DNA of 64,000 nt, from sequence record PP355091.1; one strand, written 5' to 3'. The translations under genes were made by a program, and so were the position numbers. Positions within the stretch are counted from its first letter, which is position 1. Every line of letters begins with the position of its first letter. Below the pieces are notes generated by a model. It was given only the letters and a program-made list of their open reading frames with translations. It searched no databases and was not told the origin of the DNA. This document shows, one piece after another, positions 1 through 10,171 of the stretch. Origin of the DNA: Escherichia phage 235Ecol030PP.

Positions 1-626
1 AAGCAGAAGAAGAAGTAGAAAAAAATAAAGAAGAAGCCGAAGAAAAAGCTGAGAAGAAAATCGCTGAGCAAGCTTCTAAATTCCTTGACCATCTTGCAAA
101 AGAATGGCTCACTGAAAATAAATTAGCAGTAGATAAAGGCATCAAAGCCGAACTGTTTGAATCCATGCTTGGTGGATTGAAAGAGCTCTTCGTTGAACAC
201 AACGTTGTTGTTCCAGAAGAATCAGTTGATGTTGTAGCTGAAATGGAAGAAGAACTGCAAGAACACAAAGAAGAATCAGCTCGTCTGTTCGAAGAACTCA
301 ATAAGCGTGACGCATATATCAATTATGTGCAGCGTGAAGTGGCATTGAGCGAAAGTACTAAAGATCTGACTGAGTCTCAAAAAGAAAAAGTCTCTGCTCT
401 GGTCGAAGGTATGGATTATTCAGATGCATTCTCAAGTAAATTGAGTGCAATCGTAGAAATGGTGAAGAAATCTAATAAAGATGAAAGCACTATTACTGAG
501 AGTATAAATACTCCTGATACTGAAGCAGCCGGACTGAATTTCGTCACTGAAGCTGTAGAAGATAAATCTGCACAAGGTGCAGAAGATATTGTAAGTGTAT
601 ATGCGAAAGTCGCATCTCGTTTCTAA
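1..626 (+). CDS. 22: Prohead core scaffold protein gp22, 5' truncated by window edge (open frame from position 3)
   Basis: Open frame with no stops from window start; acidic, Lys/Glu-rich; sits immediately upstream of gp23 as in T4. Confidence 0.7.
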   Translation, partial: AEEEVEKNKEEAEEKAEKKIAEQASKFLDHLAKEWLTENKLAVDKGIKAELFESMLGGLKELFVEHNVVVPEESVDVVAEMEEELQEHKEESARLFEELNKRDAYINYVQREVALSESTKDLTESQKEKVSALVEGMDYSDAFSSKLSAIVEMVKKSNKDESTITESINTPDTEAAGLNFVTEAVEDKSAQGAEDIVSVYAKVASRF

Positions 627-644
627 TTTTAAAGGTTAACACAA

Positions 645-2210
645 ATGACTATCAAAACTAAAGCTGAACTTTTGAACAAATGGAAGCCATTACTGGAAGG
701 TGAAGGCCTGCCGGAAATCGCTAATAGCAAGCAGGCTATTATCGCTAAAATCTTCGAAAACCAGGAAAAAGATTTCGAAGTATCCCCTGAATATAAAGAC
801 GAGAAAATCGCTCAGGCATTTGGTTCTTTCTTGACCGAAGCTGAAATTGGTGGTGACCACGGTTATAATGCTACCAACATCGCTGCAGGTCAGACTTCTG
901 GCGCAGTAACTCAGATTGGCCCAGCTGTTATGGGTATGGTACGTCGTGCTATTCCTAACCTGATTGCTTTCGATATTTGTGGTGTTCAGCCGATGAACAG
1001 CCCGACTGGCCAGGTATTCGCGCTGCGCGCAGTATATGGTAAAGATCCAATCGCTTCCGGTGCTAAAGAAGCATTCCACCCAATGTATGGTCCAGATGCA
1101 ATGTTCTCTGGTCAGGGTGCTGCTAAGAAATTCGCTGCTTTGAAAGCAAGTGATACTCTTGAAGTCGGAACTATTTACACTCACTTCTTCCAAGAAACTG
1201 GTACAGTATATCTGCAAGCTACAGCAGCTAAACAAATTGATTCAGGCGCATCTGACGCAGACAAATTAGATGCTGAAATTAAGAAACAAATGGAAGCTGG
1301 TGTACTGGTAGAAATCGCTGAAGGCATGGCTACTTCTATCGCTGAACTTCAGGAAGGTTTCAATGGTTCTACCGATAACCCATGGAATGAAATGGGCTTC
1401 CGTATCGATAAACAAGTTATCGAAGCTAAATCTCGCCAGCTGAAAGCTGCTTACTCTATCGAATTAGCACAAGACCTCCGCGCTGTTCACGGTATGGATG
1501 CTGATGCTGAACTGTCTGGTATTCTGGCTACCGAAATCATGCTGGAAATCAACCGCGAAGTTGTTGATTGGATTAACTACTCCGCACAGGTTGGTAAATC
1601 TGGTATGACCCTGACTCCGGGTTCTAAAGCTGGTGTATTCGACTTCCAGGATCCAATTGATATTCGTGGTGCTCGCTGGGCGGGTGAATCCTTTAAAGCT
1701 CTGTTGTTCCAGATTGACAAAGAAGCAGTTGAAATTGCTCGTCAGACCGGTCGTGGTGAAGGTAACTTCATTATCGCTTCCCGTAACGTAGTTAACGTTC
1801 TGGCTTCAGTTGATACAGGCATTTCTTATGCTGCACAGGGTCTGGCTACCGGCTTCAACACTGATACTACCAAGTCAGTATTTGCTGGTGTTCTGGGTGG
1901 TAAATACCGTGTATATATCGACCAGTATGCTAAACAGGATTATTTCACTGTAGGTTATAAAGGTCCGAACGAAATGGATGCTGGTATTTACTATGCTCCA
2001 TATGTAGCTCTGACTCCGCTGCGTGGTTCCGATCCGAAGAACTTCCAACCGGTAATGGGATTCAAAACTCGTTACGGTATCGGTATCAACCCATTTGCAG
2101 AATCCGCTGCTCAGGCTCCGGCTTCTCGCATCCAAAGCGGTATGCCTTCTATTCTGAATAGCCTTGGTAAAAACGCTTACTTCCGCCGTGTATATGTTAA
2201 AGGTATCTAA
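645..2210 (+). CDS. 23: Major capsid protein gp23
   Basis: 521 aa, N-terminus MTIKTKAELLNKW; length and sequence match T4 gp23 from memory. Confidence 0.95.
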   Translation: MTIKTKAELLNKWKPLLEGEGLPEIANSKQAIIAKIFENQEKDFEVSPEYKDEKIAQAFGSFLTEAEIGGDHGYNATNIAAGQTSGAVTQIGPAVMGMVRRAIPNLIAFDICGVQPMNSPTGQVFALRAVYGKDPIASGAKEAFHPMYGPDAMFSGQGAAKKFAALKASDTLEVGTIYTHFFQETGTVYLQATAAKQIDSGASDADKLDAEIKKQMEAGVLVEIAEGMATSIAELQEGFNGSTDNPWNEMGFRIDKQVIEAKSRQLKAAYSIELAQDLRAVHGMDADAELSGILATEIMLEINREVVDWINYSAQVGKSGMTLTPGSKAGVFDFQDPIDIRGARWAGESFKALLFQIDKEAVEIARQTGRGEGNFIIASRNVVNVLASVDTGISYAAQGLATGFNTDTTKSVFAGVLGGKYRVYIDQYAKQDYFTVGYKGPNEMDAGIYYAPYVALTPLRGSDPKNFQPVMGFKTRYGIGINPFAESAAQAPASRIQSGMPSILNSLGKNAYFRRVYVKGI

Positions 2211-2225
2211 TCTTTGACGATTTAA

Positions 2226-2253
2226 GGGACCTTCGGGTCCCTTTAGTTGTTTT
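2226..2253 (+). terminator. Intrinsic terminator after gene 23 (GGGACC-UUCG-GGUCCC hairpin plus T-run)
   Basis: GC stem with UUCG tetraloop followed by tttagttgttttt. Confidence 0.7.
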
Positions 2254-2258
2254 TATGG

Positions 2259-2266
2259 TATAAATA
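2259..2266 (+). promoter_or_regulatory. T4-type late promoter TATAAATA upstream of gene 24
   Basis: Exact TATAAATA about 28 nt upstream of the gp24 ATG. Confidence 0.6.
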
Positions 2267-2293
2267 AATCATATAAACCAAAAGGAAAGCGCA

Positions 2294-3577
2294 ATGGCTA
2301 AAATCAACGAACTTCTGCGCGAATCAACCACAACGAATAGCAACTCAATCGGTCGCCCAAATCTCGTTGCTTTGACTCGCGCTACCACTAAATTAATATA
2401 TTCTGACATTGTAGCAACGCAAAGAACTAATCAACCTGTTGCTGCTTTTTATGGTATCAAATACCTTAACCCAGACAATGAATTTACATTTAAAACTGGT
2501 GCTACTTATGCTGGCGAAGCTGGATATGTAGACCGAGAACAAATCACAGAATTAACAGAAGAGTCTAAATTAACTCTCAATAAAGGCGATTTATTCAAAT
2601 ATAATAATATCGTTTATAAAGTATTAGAAGATACACCATTTACTGATATTGAAGAAAGCGATTTAGAATTAGCTCTTCAGATTGCAATTGTTCTTTTAAA
2701 GGTTCGTCTATTTTCTGACGCAGCGTCAACAAGCAAATTTGAAAGCTCTGATAGCGAAATTGCGGATGCTAGATTCCAGATTAATAAATGGCAAACCGCA
2801 GTTAAATCTCGTAAACTTAAAACTGGCATCACAGTTGAATTAGCGCAAGATTTAGAAGCAAATGGATTCGATGCTCCTAATTTCTTGGAAGATTTGCTTG
2901 CAACTGAAATGGCAGATGAAATCAATAAAGATATTCTGCAGTCTTTGATTACAGTATCAAAACGTTATAAAGTTACAGGAATTACTGATACTGGATTCAT
3001 TGATTTGAGTTATGCATCTGCACCTGAAGCTGGTCGTTCATTATATCGAATGGTATGTGAAATGGTTTCGCATATCCAAAAAGAATCAACTTATACAGCA
3101 ACGTTCTGTGTTGCTTCAGCTCGTGCTGCTGCGATTCTTGCTGCATCAGGTTGGTTAAAACATAAACCAGAAGATGATAAATATCTTTCACAAAATGCCT
3201 ACGGGTTCTTAGCTAATGGTTTACCTCTTTATTGCGATACTAACAGCCCATTAGATTATGTAATCGTCGGTGTGGTAGAAAATATTGGCGAAAAAGAAAT
3301 TGTTGGATCAATTTTCTATGCTCCGTATACAGAAGGTCTTGACTTAGATGACCCTGAACATGTAGGCGCATTTAAAGTTGTTGTTGATCCAGAAAGCTTA
3401 CAACCGTCTATCAGTTTATTAGTTAGATATGCTTTATCAGCAAATCCTTATACCGTAGCAAAAGATGAAAAAGAAGCAAGAGTAATTGATGGTGGAGACA
3501 TGGATAAAATGGCGGGTCGTTCAGATTTGTCTGTTTTATTAGGTGTTAAGCTACCAAAAATTATTGTTGATGAATAA
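2294..3577 (+). CDS. 24: Capsid vertex protein gp24
   Basis: 427 aa, same length as T4 gp24; gp23 paralog located after gene 23. Confidence 0.9.
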   Translation: MAKINELLRESTTTNSNSIGRPNLVALTRATTKLIYSDIVATQRTNQPVAAFYGIKYLNPDNEFTFKTGATYAGEAGYVDREQITELTEESKLTLNKGDLFKYNNIVYKVLEDTPFTDIEESDLELALQIAIVLLKVRLFSDAASTSKFESSDSEIADARFQINKWQTAVKSRKLKTGITVELAQDLEANGFDAPNFLEDLLATEMADEINKDILQSLITVSKRYKVTGITDTGFIDLSYASAPEAGRSLYRMVCEMVSHIQKESTYTATFCVASARAAAILAASGWLKHKPEDDKYLSQNAYGFLANGLPLYCDTNSPLDYVIVGVVENIGEKEIVGSIFYAPYTEGLDLDDPEHVGAFKVVVDPESLQPSISLLVRYALSANPYTVAKDEKEARVIDGGDMDKMAGRSDLSVLLGVKLPKIIVDE

Positions 3578-3583
3578 AACAAA

Positions 3584-3607
3584 GGGACCTTTCGGTCCCT
3601 TTTTATT
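3584..3607. terminator. Bidirectional hairpin terminator between gene 24 (+) and rnlB (-)
   Basis: gggacc-tttc-ggtccc stem flanked by A-run upstream and T-run downstream. Confidence 0.6.
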
Positions 3608-4611
3608 TAACTTACCAATTCAATCCAAGCTGGACGAAGTACATCTTGCACCATTTTAACTAATTCCTTTTTAATCAAAGAAGGATTATCCGCTTGAGTT
3701 AGAGTAATACCTTCACGAGAAGTTTCTTCCAAAATATCTTGAACAGTTAGTCCCATCACCTTTCCAAAATCTTTTGGACCAATTTCGCCAATTTTAGAAA
3801 TAACGTTATTTACCCGGTTCAGTGTAACGTAACAAGCTAAAATTCCTACCAATTTGTTATCAGCTTCTGATAGCTCAACTTTAGCTTTAATAGGCTTATC
3901 AGACTTTTTCTTTTCACTAAATTTAGAATTCTTGCATTTGATGGCTACACGATTGCGATTAGGCAGCCAAGAAGGATAACAAGGTTTCAATACATATCCT
4001 TCAGCGGTAAATACTTCGCCTTTGGCTTCAGCTTTCCAAACACATTTGTTAGCGTCAATTAAACCTGCATTATCTACGGTAAAATTATAAGACGGAACAA
4101 CAGAATCCAAATCATTTGGAAGTTTAATAAGATCTTCAAATTTACCGCGACCTAAAAGTGGAGCCATTTTAAATTTAAATGTATTACAAAACGATTCCAT
4201 CATGTAATCATCAACATAAGTTACATCACCACTTTCGGTAGTGACAATAATGTCAAATACATAAAAATCTTTATCGCCATAATCAACATTCTTCTGAATG
4301 CCAGGTCCAGCGAATTCGCCAAAGACTTGATAAGACACAATCGCTGAGGTTTCCATAATATCTTGTACTGCTTCGATAGAATCAGCGTAATTCTTTAGAA
4401 TAATTTCATACCCAAAGAAATCTTCAGCAGGAAGAATAGGACCAGTACGTTTAGCGCAAGTTACTTTATCGCGCTCAATAATCAATGAGAAATTTGTGCC
4501 GTGAATCTTTTCACGAGCTACCCACTCCCCACCAGTCAATCCCAAGCTATAAAGTTTTTCAATAAATTTAGAGTTGTAATGATTTTCAAGACTGCTATAC
4601 TTTTTAAACAT
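3607..4611 (-). CDS. rnlB: RNA ligase 2 (Rnl2)
   Basis: 334 aa, begins [13 protein letters not shown] with lysine nucleotidyltransferase motif EKIHGTN; T4 map position. Confidence 0.85.
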   Translation of the reverse strand: MFKKYSSLENHYNSKFIEKLYSLGLTGGEWVAREKIHGTNFSLIIERDKVTCAKRTGPILPAEDFFGYEIILKNYADSIEAVQDIMETSAIVSYQVFGEFAGPGIQKNVDYGDKDFYVFDIIVTTESGDVTYVDDYMMESFCNTFKFKMAPLLGRGKFEDLIKLPNDLDSVVPSYNFTVDNAGLIDANKCVWKAEAKGEVFTAEGYVLKPCYPSWLPNRNRVAIKCKNSKFSEKKKSDKPIKAKVELSEADNKLVGILACYVTLNRVNNVISKIGEIGPKDFGKVMGLTVQDILEETSREGITLTQADNPSLIKKELVKMVQDVLRPAWIELVS

Positions 4612-4620
4612 AATTAATCC

Positions 4621-4899
4621 TCAAAATGTAATTTCTAACCAATCACCATCACGCTGATCACTATTGACTTTAAAGCTGAATCCTTCTTTTCTCAGCCAAT
4701 CACCAATTTCTTCAGTAATCAATTTATCACGAGCAATACAATAATAATTAAAATGTGTTTTACCTTGTTCAGCTGCTTTATTAGCAAGTTCCGAAAAATC
4801 TTTAATAAAACACTCTAGCTTAAACTGTTTACTTTTGAATGCTTTTTCGCGTAATTGATTAGCAAAAGATTCATTTTCATAAAGATCATACTGTTCCAT
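4621..4899 (-). CDS. Hypothetical protein (position of T4 24.2)
   Basis: 92 aa ORF, tight spacing to neighbours. Confidence 0.5.
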   Translation of the reverse strand: MEQYDLYENESFANQLREKAFKSKQFKLECFIKDFSELANKAAEQGKTHFNYYCIARDKLITEEIGDWLRKEGFSFKVNSDQRDGDWLEITF

Positions 4900-5101
4900 T
4901 TTTCACCTTTTTATTGATATGTCTTTTTCTATAGACAACTTTTTCTCGAGTTTCAAATTTATTTTTAGCAGTCATAGCTCGAGCCCATAATACAGCCACT
5001 TCTTTTGCCTGTAAGTTTAATTCACGAGCAATTTCAATGAATGACTTTCCAGACTCATGAAGAGTAAACACCACAACCTCAGTTCTCATAATCAATCTCA
5101 T
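4886..5101 (-). CDS. Hypothetical small basic protein (position of T4 24.3), possible HTH
   Basis: 71 aa ORF; overlaps downstream ORF by 14 nt. Confidence 0.45.
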   Translation of the reverse strand: MRLIMRTEVVVFTLHESGKSFIEIARELNLQAKEVAVLWARAMTAKNKFETREKVVYRKRHINKKVKNGTV

Positions 5102-5149
5102 GTTATCGAGTTGGTGCCATTATATACATCATTTTCTGATTGTGTTTTG

Positions 5150-5184
5150 TGTGCTTTCAAAATGAAGAAAGGGGCCGAAGCCCC
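5150..5184 (-). terminator. Intrinsic terminator downstream of hoc (UUCG hairpin on - strand)
   Basis: - strand reads ggggc-ttcg-gcccc followed by tttcttcatttt. Confidence 0.6.
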
Positions 5185-5190
5185 TTATGA

Positions 5191-6609
5191 TTATGGATAG
5201 GTATAGATGATACCAGTTTCTAAAGCAGTTTTATGAATGATGTATCCATTACGCGATTCTTGAACATCAACTTCTGGATAGTCTTTCATCATCTTCTGAA
5301 GAGTGTAACGATGCAGGTAGTATTTACTATCTGGATCTTCAGTTTTCCAATCTTTACCTTCTTCGGTCATTTTTTGGATTTCATCCATAACCCACCAACC
5401 GCACCAGATATAAGCTGAAGTACGGTGTGGAAGAGGATGAACATAAGGCAATTCACCTTTTGGTTCCGGAGCAACTTTATCAGTTACCTGAACTTGACCT
5501 GTTGTTTTAACTGTTTTGCTATCATAGTCAGTTGCTGTAACGACAGCAGTAACTTCAATAGTTTGACTTCCAACAGATGAGGTATCGACAGTATATACGT
5601 TAGTTGACCCTTCTACAGGAGAAGAATCTTTCTTCCATGAGTAAGTAATTTGTGCTGCTTCAGGTGCGCCAGTAACATTAGCAGTAAATGTAGCCGAAGC
5701 ATCTTTCTGAACGTTAATAGAAGGAGGAGTCAATGTAACCTGTGGATTCATTGTCTTCTTATTAACCGTTAATGATACTTCATTCGAAGTAACTTCCTTT
5801 TCATTGTAATTTTCTGCAGTTACTTGGGCTACGCATTTAATTCTTTTTACTCCACTTGTAGTTGGAGTATAGCTAAATGTAGAGTTAGTTTCTCCACTAA
5901 TTTGAGAATCATCTACATACCATTTATATGTAGCAGACGCTCCATCAGGTTGAGAAACTAAAGCAGCAGTAAATTGAACCGGGGTTCCAATTACTCCTGC
6001 TGGAGGACTATCAGGAGTTACTGCCAAAGTAGTTGTCTGCTCCTTTTTATTAACAGTCAGTGATACTTCATTAGAAGTAACGCTTAGTGCATCATAATCT
6101 GTCGCGGTTACTTGAGCTACACACTTAATTTTTTTAACTCCGCTTGTGGCAGGAGTGTAATTGAATGTAGCGCTAGTTGCTTCGTCCACAGGAGAACCGT
6201 CAACGTACCATTGATACGTAGCAGATGCACCTGATGGCTGTGAAGCTAAAGCAGCAGTAAATTCAATAGCTGTTCCGATTACTCCAGCGTCAGGGCTATT
6301 AGGAGTTACAGCTAAGGTAGTCGTTTGTGTCTTATTTTGAACTGTGATAGTTGTACTAATTTCAGCTGTTTCGGGACTACTATCGGCAACTTGATTTGTT
6401 GCAACTACTTTAATAGTCTTTTGACCGGCAGGTCCTTTTAATACATAATTAAAAGTTGCTGACGTTTCTTCCTGTTGAGCACCGTCTACAGTCCAAACAT
6501 ATGTAATAGGTCCATCTCCAGTTTGACCACTGGGTGTAGCAGTAAACTGCTGAGTCTGATCTATAACTCCAGTAGGTGTTTTAGGAGTTATATCAACTGT
6601 AAAAGCCAT
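5191..6609 (-). CDS. hoc: Head outer capsid protein Hoc, 4 Ig-like domains plus C-terminal capsid-binding domain
   Basis: 472 aa; four ~95 aa Ig-like repeats then a Trp-rich C-terminal domain; T4 Hoc is 376 aa with three Ig domains. Confidence 0.85.
   Translation of the reverse strand: MAFTVDITPKTPTGVIDQTQQFTATPSGQTGDGPITYVWTVDGAQQEETSATFNYVLKGPAGQKTIKVVATNQVADSSPETAEISTTITVQNKTQTTTLAVTPNSPDAGVIGTAIEFTAALASQPSGASATYQWYVDGSPVDEATSATFNYTPATSGVKKIKCVAQVTATDYDALSVTSNEVSLTVNKKEQTTTLAVTPDSPPAGVIGTPVQFTAALVSQPDGASATYKWYVDDSQISGETNSTFSYTPTTSGVKRIKCVAQVTAENYNEKEVTSNEVSLTVNKKTMNPQVTLTPPSINVQKDASATFTANVTGAPEAAQITYSWKKDSSPVEGSTNVYTVDTSSVGSQTIEVTAVVTATDYDSKTVKTTGQVQVTDKVAPEPKGELPYVHPLPHRTSAYIWCGWWVMDEIQKMTEEGKDWKTEDPDSKYYLHRYTLQKMMKDYPEVDVQESRNGYIIHKTALETGIIYTYP
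5755..6324 (-). repeat. Tandem ~285 bp coding duplication inside hoc (Ig domains 2 and 3)
   Basis: Protein segments TTTLAVTPNSPDAGVIGTAIEFTAAL... and TTTLAVTPDSPPAGVIGTPVQFTAAL... are ~75 percent identical and adjacent. Confidence 0.8.
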
Positions 6610-6618
6610 AAGTTATCC

Positions 6619-7299
6619 TTATTTTAATGTTACGAAAGAAGAATTGCGTGTTTCACGAATTAGAACTGATCCGTCACGATTAATGTAGTAAATTAAGCTA
6701 AATAAAGTTTGGTGTGCTGACGCGTGTTCAAAACTAGTTGGATGAGATTTCCAATCAGGAGTTTCAGCGATCCATTGATAAATCCACCAAGGAACCGTAC
6801 AGAATCCTGGATTTTTCCCCAATAATTGAAGATTCGGACTAAAGTTTTCCGGAAGAGTAAATACAGACGGCTTTTCAGATTCAATAATCTCAGCTACAGC
6901 CTGTTCGAATTTTTCTTCAACAAAAGGAGTATCTTCAATCAAAACATCGGTATTTTCAGGAATTTTATCCGTTTCTACTACTTCAATTTTAATGTCAGAT
7001 TTAACAGGAGAATCAATCAGAAGTGCTGCTTCTGGATTGACTTCTTCATCGTCATATTTTAACCCCTCTGCAGCATCAGCAGCATCAATTAAGTCTTTAA
7101 TAGATAACCCATCAGTCTCTGGCATAGGTTCACTAGCGAGCTTCTGGAGGGCTTCTTCAATATCAGCAACGATATTATCAAAAGATTTATTCTTTTTGAC
7201 CTTTATACCAAACTGTTCAGCGTATTCAGCTAATTTAGCTTTAGCTTCTTTGTTATCATCAAGAGCCTTCAGCTCTGCAATATAATCTTTATCTATCAT
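6619..7299 (-). CDS. inh: Inhibitor of prohead protease Inh
   Basis: 226 aa, same length and position as T4 inh. Confidence 0.7.
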   Translation of the reverse strand: MIDKDYIAELKALDDNKEAKAKLAEYAEQFGIKVKKNKSFDNIVADIEEALQKLASEPMPETDGLSIKDLIDAADAAEGLKYDDEEVNPEAALLIDSPVKSDIKIEVVETDKIPENTDVLIEDTPFVEEKFEQAVAEIIESEKPSVFTLPENFSPNLQLLGKNPGFCTVPWWIYQWIAETPDWKSHPTSFEHASAHQTLFSLIYYINRDGSVLIRETRNSSFVTLK

Positions 7300-7312
7300 A
7301 ATATTTCCTCAG

Positions 7313-7320
7313 TATAAATA
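7313..7320 (+). promoter_or_regulatory. Late promoter TATAAATA upstream of uvsW
   Basis: Exact TATAAATA 30 nt upstream of the uvsW ATG. Confidence 0.6.
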
Positions 7321-7349
7321 TAGATATATTTATTACATGGTATTTAGAC

Positions 7350-8861
7350 ATGACTGACATTAAAGTACATTTTTATGATTTTAGTCACGTGAGAATTGAT
7401 TGTGAAGAAAGTACATTTCATGAACTCCGTGATTTCTTTAGCTTTGAAGCTGATGGGTATCGTTTTAATCCGAAGTACAGATATGGCCACTGGGATGGAC
7501 GAATCCGTCTTTTAGATTATAATCGTCTTCTTCCATTCGGCTTAGTCGGGCAAATTAAAAAGTTCTGTGATAACTTTGGCTATAAAGCCTGGATTGACCC
7601 ACAAATTAATGAAAAAGAAGAATTATCAAGAAAAGATTTTGATGAATGGCTTTCTAAATTAGAAATCTATTCAGGAAATAAAAGAATTGAACCACACTGG
7701 TATCAAAAAGATGCAGTGTTCGAAGGATTAGTTAATCGTCGTAGAATTCTTAATCTTCCAACATCTGCAGGTAAATCTTTAATTCAAGCTTTGCTTGCGC
7801 GATATTATTTGGAAAATTATGAAGGTAAAATTCTTATCATTGTTCCAACAACTGCTCTGACAACTCAGATGGCTGATGACTTCGTCGACTATCGTCTATT
7901 CAGTCATGCAATGATAAAGAAAATTGGTGGCGGAGCATCAAAAGATGATAAATATAAAAATGATGCACCAGTCGTTGTTGGTACATGGCAAACTGTAGTT
8001 AAACAACCGAAAGAATGGTTCTCACAGTTTGGAATGATGATGAATGATGAATGCCATCTTGCTACAGGAAAAAGTATTTCATCCATCATATCAGGATTAA
8101 ATAACTGCATGTTTAAATTTGGTCTATCAGGTTCATTACGTGATGGCAAAGCCAATATCATGCAGTACGTTGGAATGTTTGGTGAAATATTTAAGCCAGT
8201 AACGACTTCTAAATTAATGGAAGATGGACAAGTAACTGAGTTAAAAATTAATAGTATTTTTCTTCGCTATCCCGATGAGTTCACTACTAAATTAAAGGGA
8301 AAAACTTATCAAGAAGAAATAAAAATTATTACTGGGCTCAGTAAAAGAAATAAATGGATCGCTAAATTAGCTATTAAGCTTGCACAAAAAGATGAAAACG
8401 CTTTTGTCATGTTTAAACATGTATCGCATGGTAAAGCTATTTTCGATTTAATTAAAAATGAATACGATAAAGTTTATTACGTATCAGGGGAAGTTGATAC
8501 CGAAACCCGCAACGTAATGAAAACCTTAGCTGAAAATGGTAAAGGAATAATTATAGTAGCTAGTTATGGTGTATTTTCTACTGGTATTTCAGTTAAAAAT
8601 CTGCATCATGTTGTTTTAGCGCACGGCGTTAAATCAAAAATCATTGTATTACAAACAATCGGTCGTGTATTACGTAAGCATGGTTCTAAAACAGTCGCAA
8701 CAGTCTGGGACCTCATAGATGACGCGGGCGTCAAGCCAAAATCTGCTAATACGAAAAAGAAATATGTTCATTTGAACTATCTTTTAAAACACGGCATTGA
8801 TCGTATTCAGCGTTACGCAGATGAAAAATTTAATTACGTAATGAAAACAGTCAATTTATAA
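7350..8861 (+). CDS. uvsW: UvsW SF2 DNA/RNA helicase
   Basis: 503 aa; Walker A TSAGKS, DECH box. Confidence 0.9.
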   Translation: MTDIKVHFYDFSHVRIDCEESTFHELRDFFSFEADGYRFNPKYRYGHWDGRIRLLDYNRLLPFGLVGQIKKFCDNFGYKAWIDPQINEKEELSRKDFDEWLSKLEIYSGNKRIEPHWYQKDAVFEGLVNRRRILNLPTSAGKSLIQALLARYYLENYEGKILIIVPTTALTTQMADDFVDYRLFSHAMIKKIGGGASKDDKYKNDAPVVVGTWQTVVKQPKEWFSQFGMMMNDECHLATGKSISSIISGLNNCMFKFGLSGSLRDGKANIMQYVGMFGEIFKPVTTSKLMEDGQVTELKINSIFLRYPDEFTTKLKGKTYQEEIKIITGLSKRNKWIAKLAIKLAQKDENAFVMFKHVSHGKAIFDLIKNEYDKVYYVSGEVDTETRNVMKTLAENGKGIIIVASYGVFSTGISVKNLHHVVLAHGVKSKIIVLQTIGRVLRKHGSKTVATVWDLIDDAGVKPKSANTKKKYVHLNYLLKHGIDRIQRYADEKFNYVMKTVNL

Positions 8862-8876
8862 GGGCTTCGGCCCTTT
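8862..8876 (+). terminator. UUCG hairpin after uvsW (weak T-run)
   Basis: gggc-ttcg-gccc followed by ttt. Confidence 0.4.
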
Positions 8877-8886
8877 GGAGAAAAAG

Positions 8887-9117
8887 ATGTTACTAGGATT
8901 TAAACAATTTCTTTATGAAGCTTCTATTGATGAATTTATGGGTAAAATTGCCTCTTGTCAAACATTAGAAGGTTTAGAAGAACTTGAAGCTTATTACAAG
9001 AAAAGAGTCAAAGAAACTGAATTAAAAGATACTGATGACATCTCAGTCAGAGATGCTTTGGCAGGAAAAAGAGCTGAATTAGAAGATTCAGACGATGAAG
9101 TAGAAGAAAGCTTTTAA
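8887..9117 (+). CDS. uvsW.1: UvsW.1 small acidic protein
   Basis: 76 aa from ATG 8887 with GGAG Shine-Dalgarno; the ORF-track start at 8875 is TTG. Confidence 0.6.
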   Translation: MLLGFKQFLYEASIDEFMGKIASCQTLEGLEELEAYYKKRVKETELKDTDDISVRDALAGKRAELEDSDDEVEESF

Positions 9118-9172
9118 ATTAAAAAAGGCCCAACCAAAAAGGAAGGGCCAAAACTATAGACTAAAGGTCACA

Positions 9173-9339
9173 CTATAGCAAAAGTTGTGTTTCATTTAAT
9201 TGTTCTTCAGAACTTTCTGAAACTGGTAGTTCTTTAATGTAATTATAGCAAGGCCCAGGATGTACAGGACCTTTGTCTGTTTCAACAACCAATGCAGAAT
9301 CGATTGGAGTTTTACAGACAACACAAATCTTATCTGACA
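9173..9339 (-). CDS. Hypothetical CxxC-containing small protein (position of T4 uvsY.-2)
   Basis: 55 aa from ATG 9339 with AAGGAGA Shine-Dalgarno; ORF-track start at 9403 is GTG. Confidence 0.5.
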
Positions 9340-9365
9340 TGATTGTCTCCTTTTGAATATAGTAA

Positions 9366-9373
9366 TATTTATA
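9366..9373 (-). promoter_or_regulatory. Late promoter TATAAATA (- strand) upstream of the 9173..9339 ORF
   Basis: + strand tatttata; 27 nt upstream of the ATG. Confidence 0.45.
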
Positions 9374-9463
9374 AACCCATTTTAATCCGCATTTCTTGTA
9401 CACGGATTAAGCAAGCTTCCATCTCTGCTAATAGTCGAAATACTTCTTTACAATCTGTCATAT

Positions 9464-9691
9464 TTACCCCATATCTCTCATATGCATATCAATGCCCATA
9501 TCTTTAGAATAAAAATATTCATCAAGATATCCGGCAAATTTTCCTTTAATATAAAGTACATCTTCACCGCACGGGTGGTCGGCCAGGATACGAATATCCT
9601 GACGCTTAAGATTATGCTTTTTCATCAAGAATTGAATCTCAGTTTCAAATTCTTCTTCATAATTAAAAGCATCATCAATGCTATATCTCAT
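9464..9691 (-). CDS. Hypothetical protein (position of T4 uvsY.-1)
   Basis: 75 aa; ATG overlaps the uvsY stop (TAATG). Confidence 0.5.
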   Translation of the reverse strand: MRYSIDDAFNYEEEFETEIQFLMKKHNLKRQDIRILADHPCGEDVLYIKGKFAGYLDEYFYSKDMGIDMHMRDMG

Positions 9692-10104
9692 TATTTTCCA
9701 GCCTCAAATGCTCGCATGTCTTGAATGTGCTTAATAGCAAATCCACGTGATTTAATAGCATCAAGAGCTCCGCTACAGAAATCTAATAAAATCCCCCAAT
9801 ATTGTAATGAAGTATCAACCTTTAAAACATCCTTATCGGCTGATAGAACTGTCTTCATTTCTGATTTCTCATAACGATCCATACTAAATTCATCACCATC
9901 TCCTCGTCCCGAGTAGTAGTCTAATTTAGCTTTAAGAGCAACTTTTTTCTGCGCGTCAATTCTAAGCATTTCCTTTTTAATACTTGAATGCTTATTGAGC
10001 CATTTACTATATAACATCACATTATTAGCTGCTTCATACTGTAATTTAGTCGAATCTATAAACACATCTTTCTTCAATTCTTCTTGAAGATCTTCTAATC
10101 TCAT
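9691..10104 (-). CDS. uvsY: UvsY recombination mediator
   Basis: 137 aa, T4 length and position. Confidence 0.85.
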   Translation of the reverse strand: MRLEDLQEELKKDVFIDSTKLQYEAANNVMLYSKWLNKHSSIKKEMLRIDAQKKVALKAKLDYYSGRGDGDEFSMDRYEKSEMKTVLSADKDVLKVDTSLQYWGILLDFCSGALDAIKSRGFAIKHIQDMRAFEAGK

Positions 10105-10144
10105 ATTGTTCTCTATTCAATTGTTATTGGATGGACTTAGATTC

Positions 10145-10171
10145 ATTATACCACGTTTATACGTGAAGCAT
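10145..10171 (-). promoter_or_regulatory. MotA-dependent middle promoter for uvsY
   Basis: - strand reads aaTGCTTca (MotA box) then 13 nt then TATAAT; about 35 nt upstream of the uvsY ATG. Confidence 0.55.

Noticed and set aside
690-1235. 181 aa ORF antisense to gene 23
   Set aside because: Lies entirely within the strongly supported major capsid gene on the opposite strand; no Shine-Dalgarno; typical spurious antisense frame.
8875-8886. ORF-track start (TTG) for uvsW.1 at 8875
   Set aside because: An ATG at 8887 is preceded by GGAG at proper spacing and gives the 76 aa product expected for UvsW.1; the TTG start sits inside the terminator hairpin.
9121-9150. Possible bidirectional terminator hairpin between uvsW.1 and the convergent ORF
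   Set aside because: Only a 5 bp stem (ggccc/gggcc) with a 13 nt loop; too weak to call.
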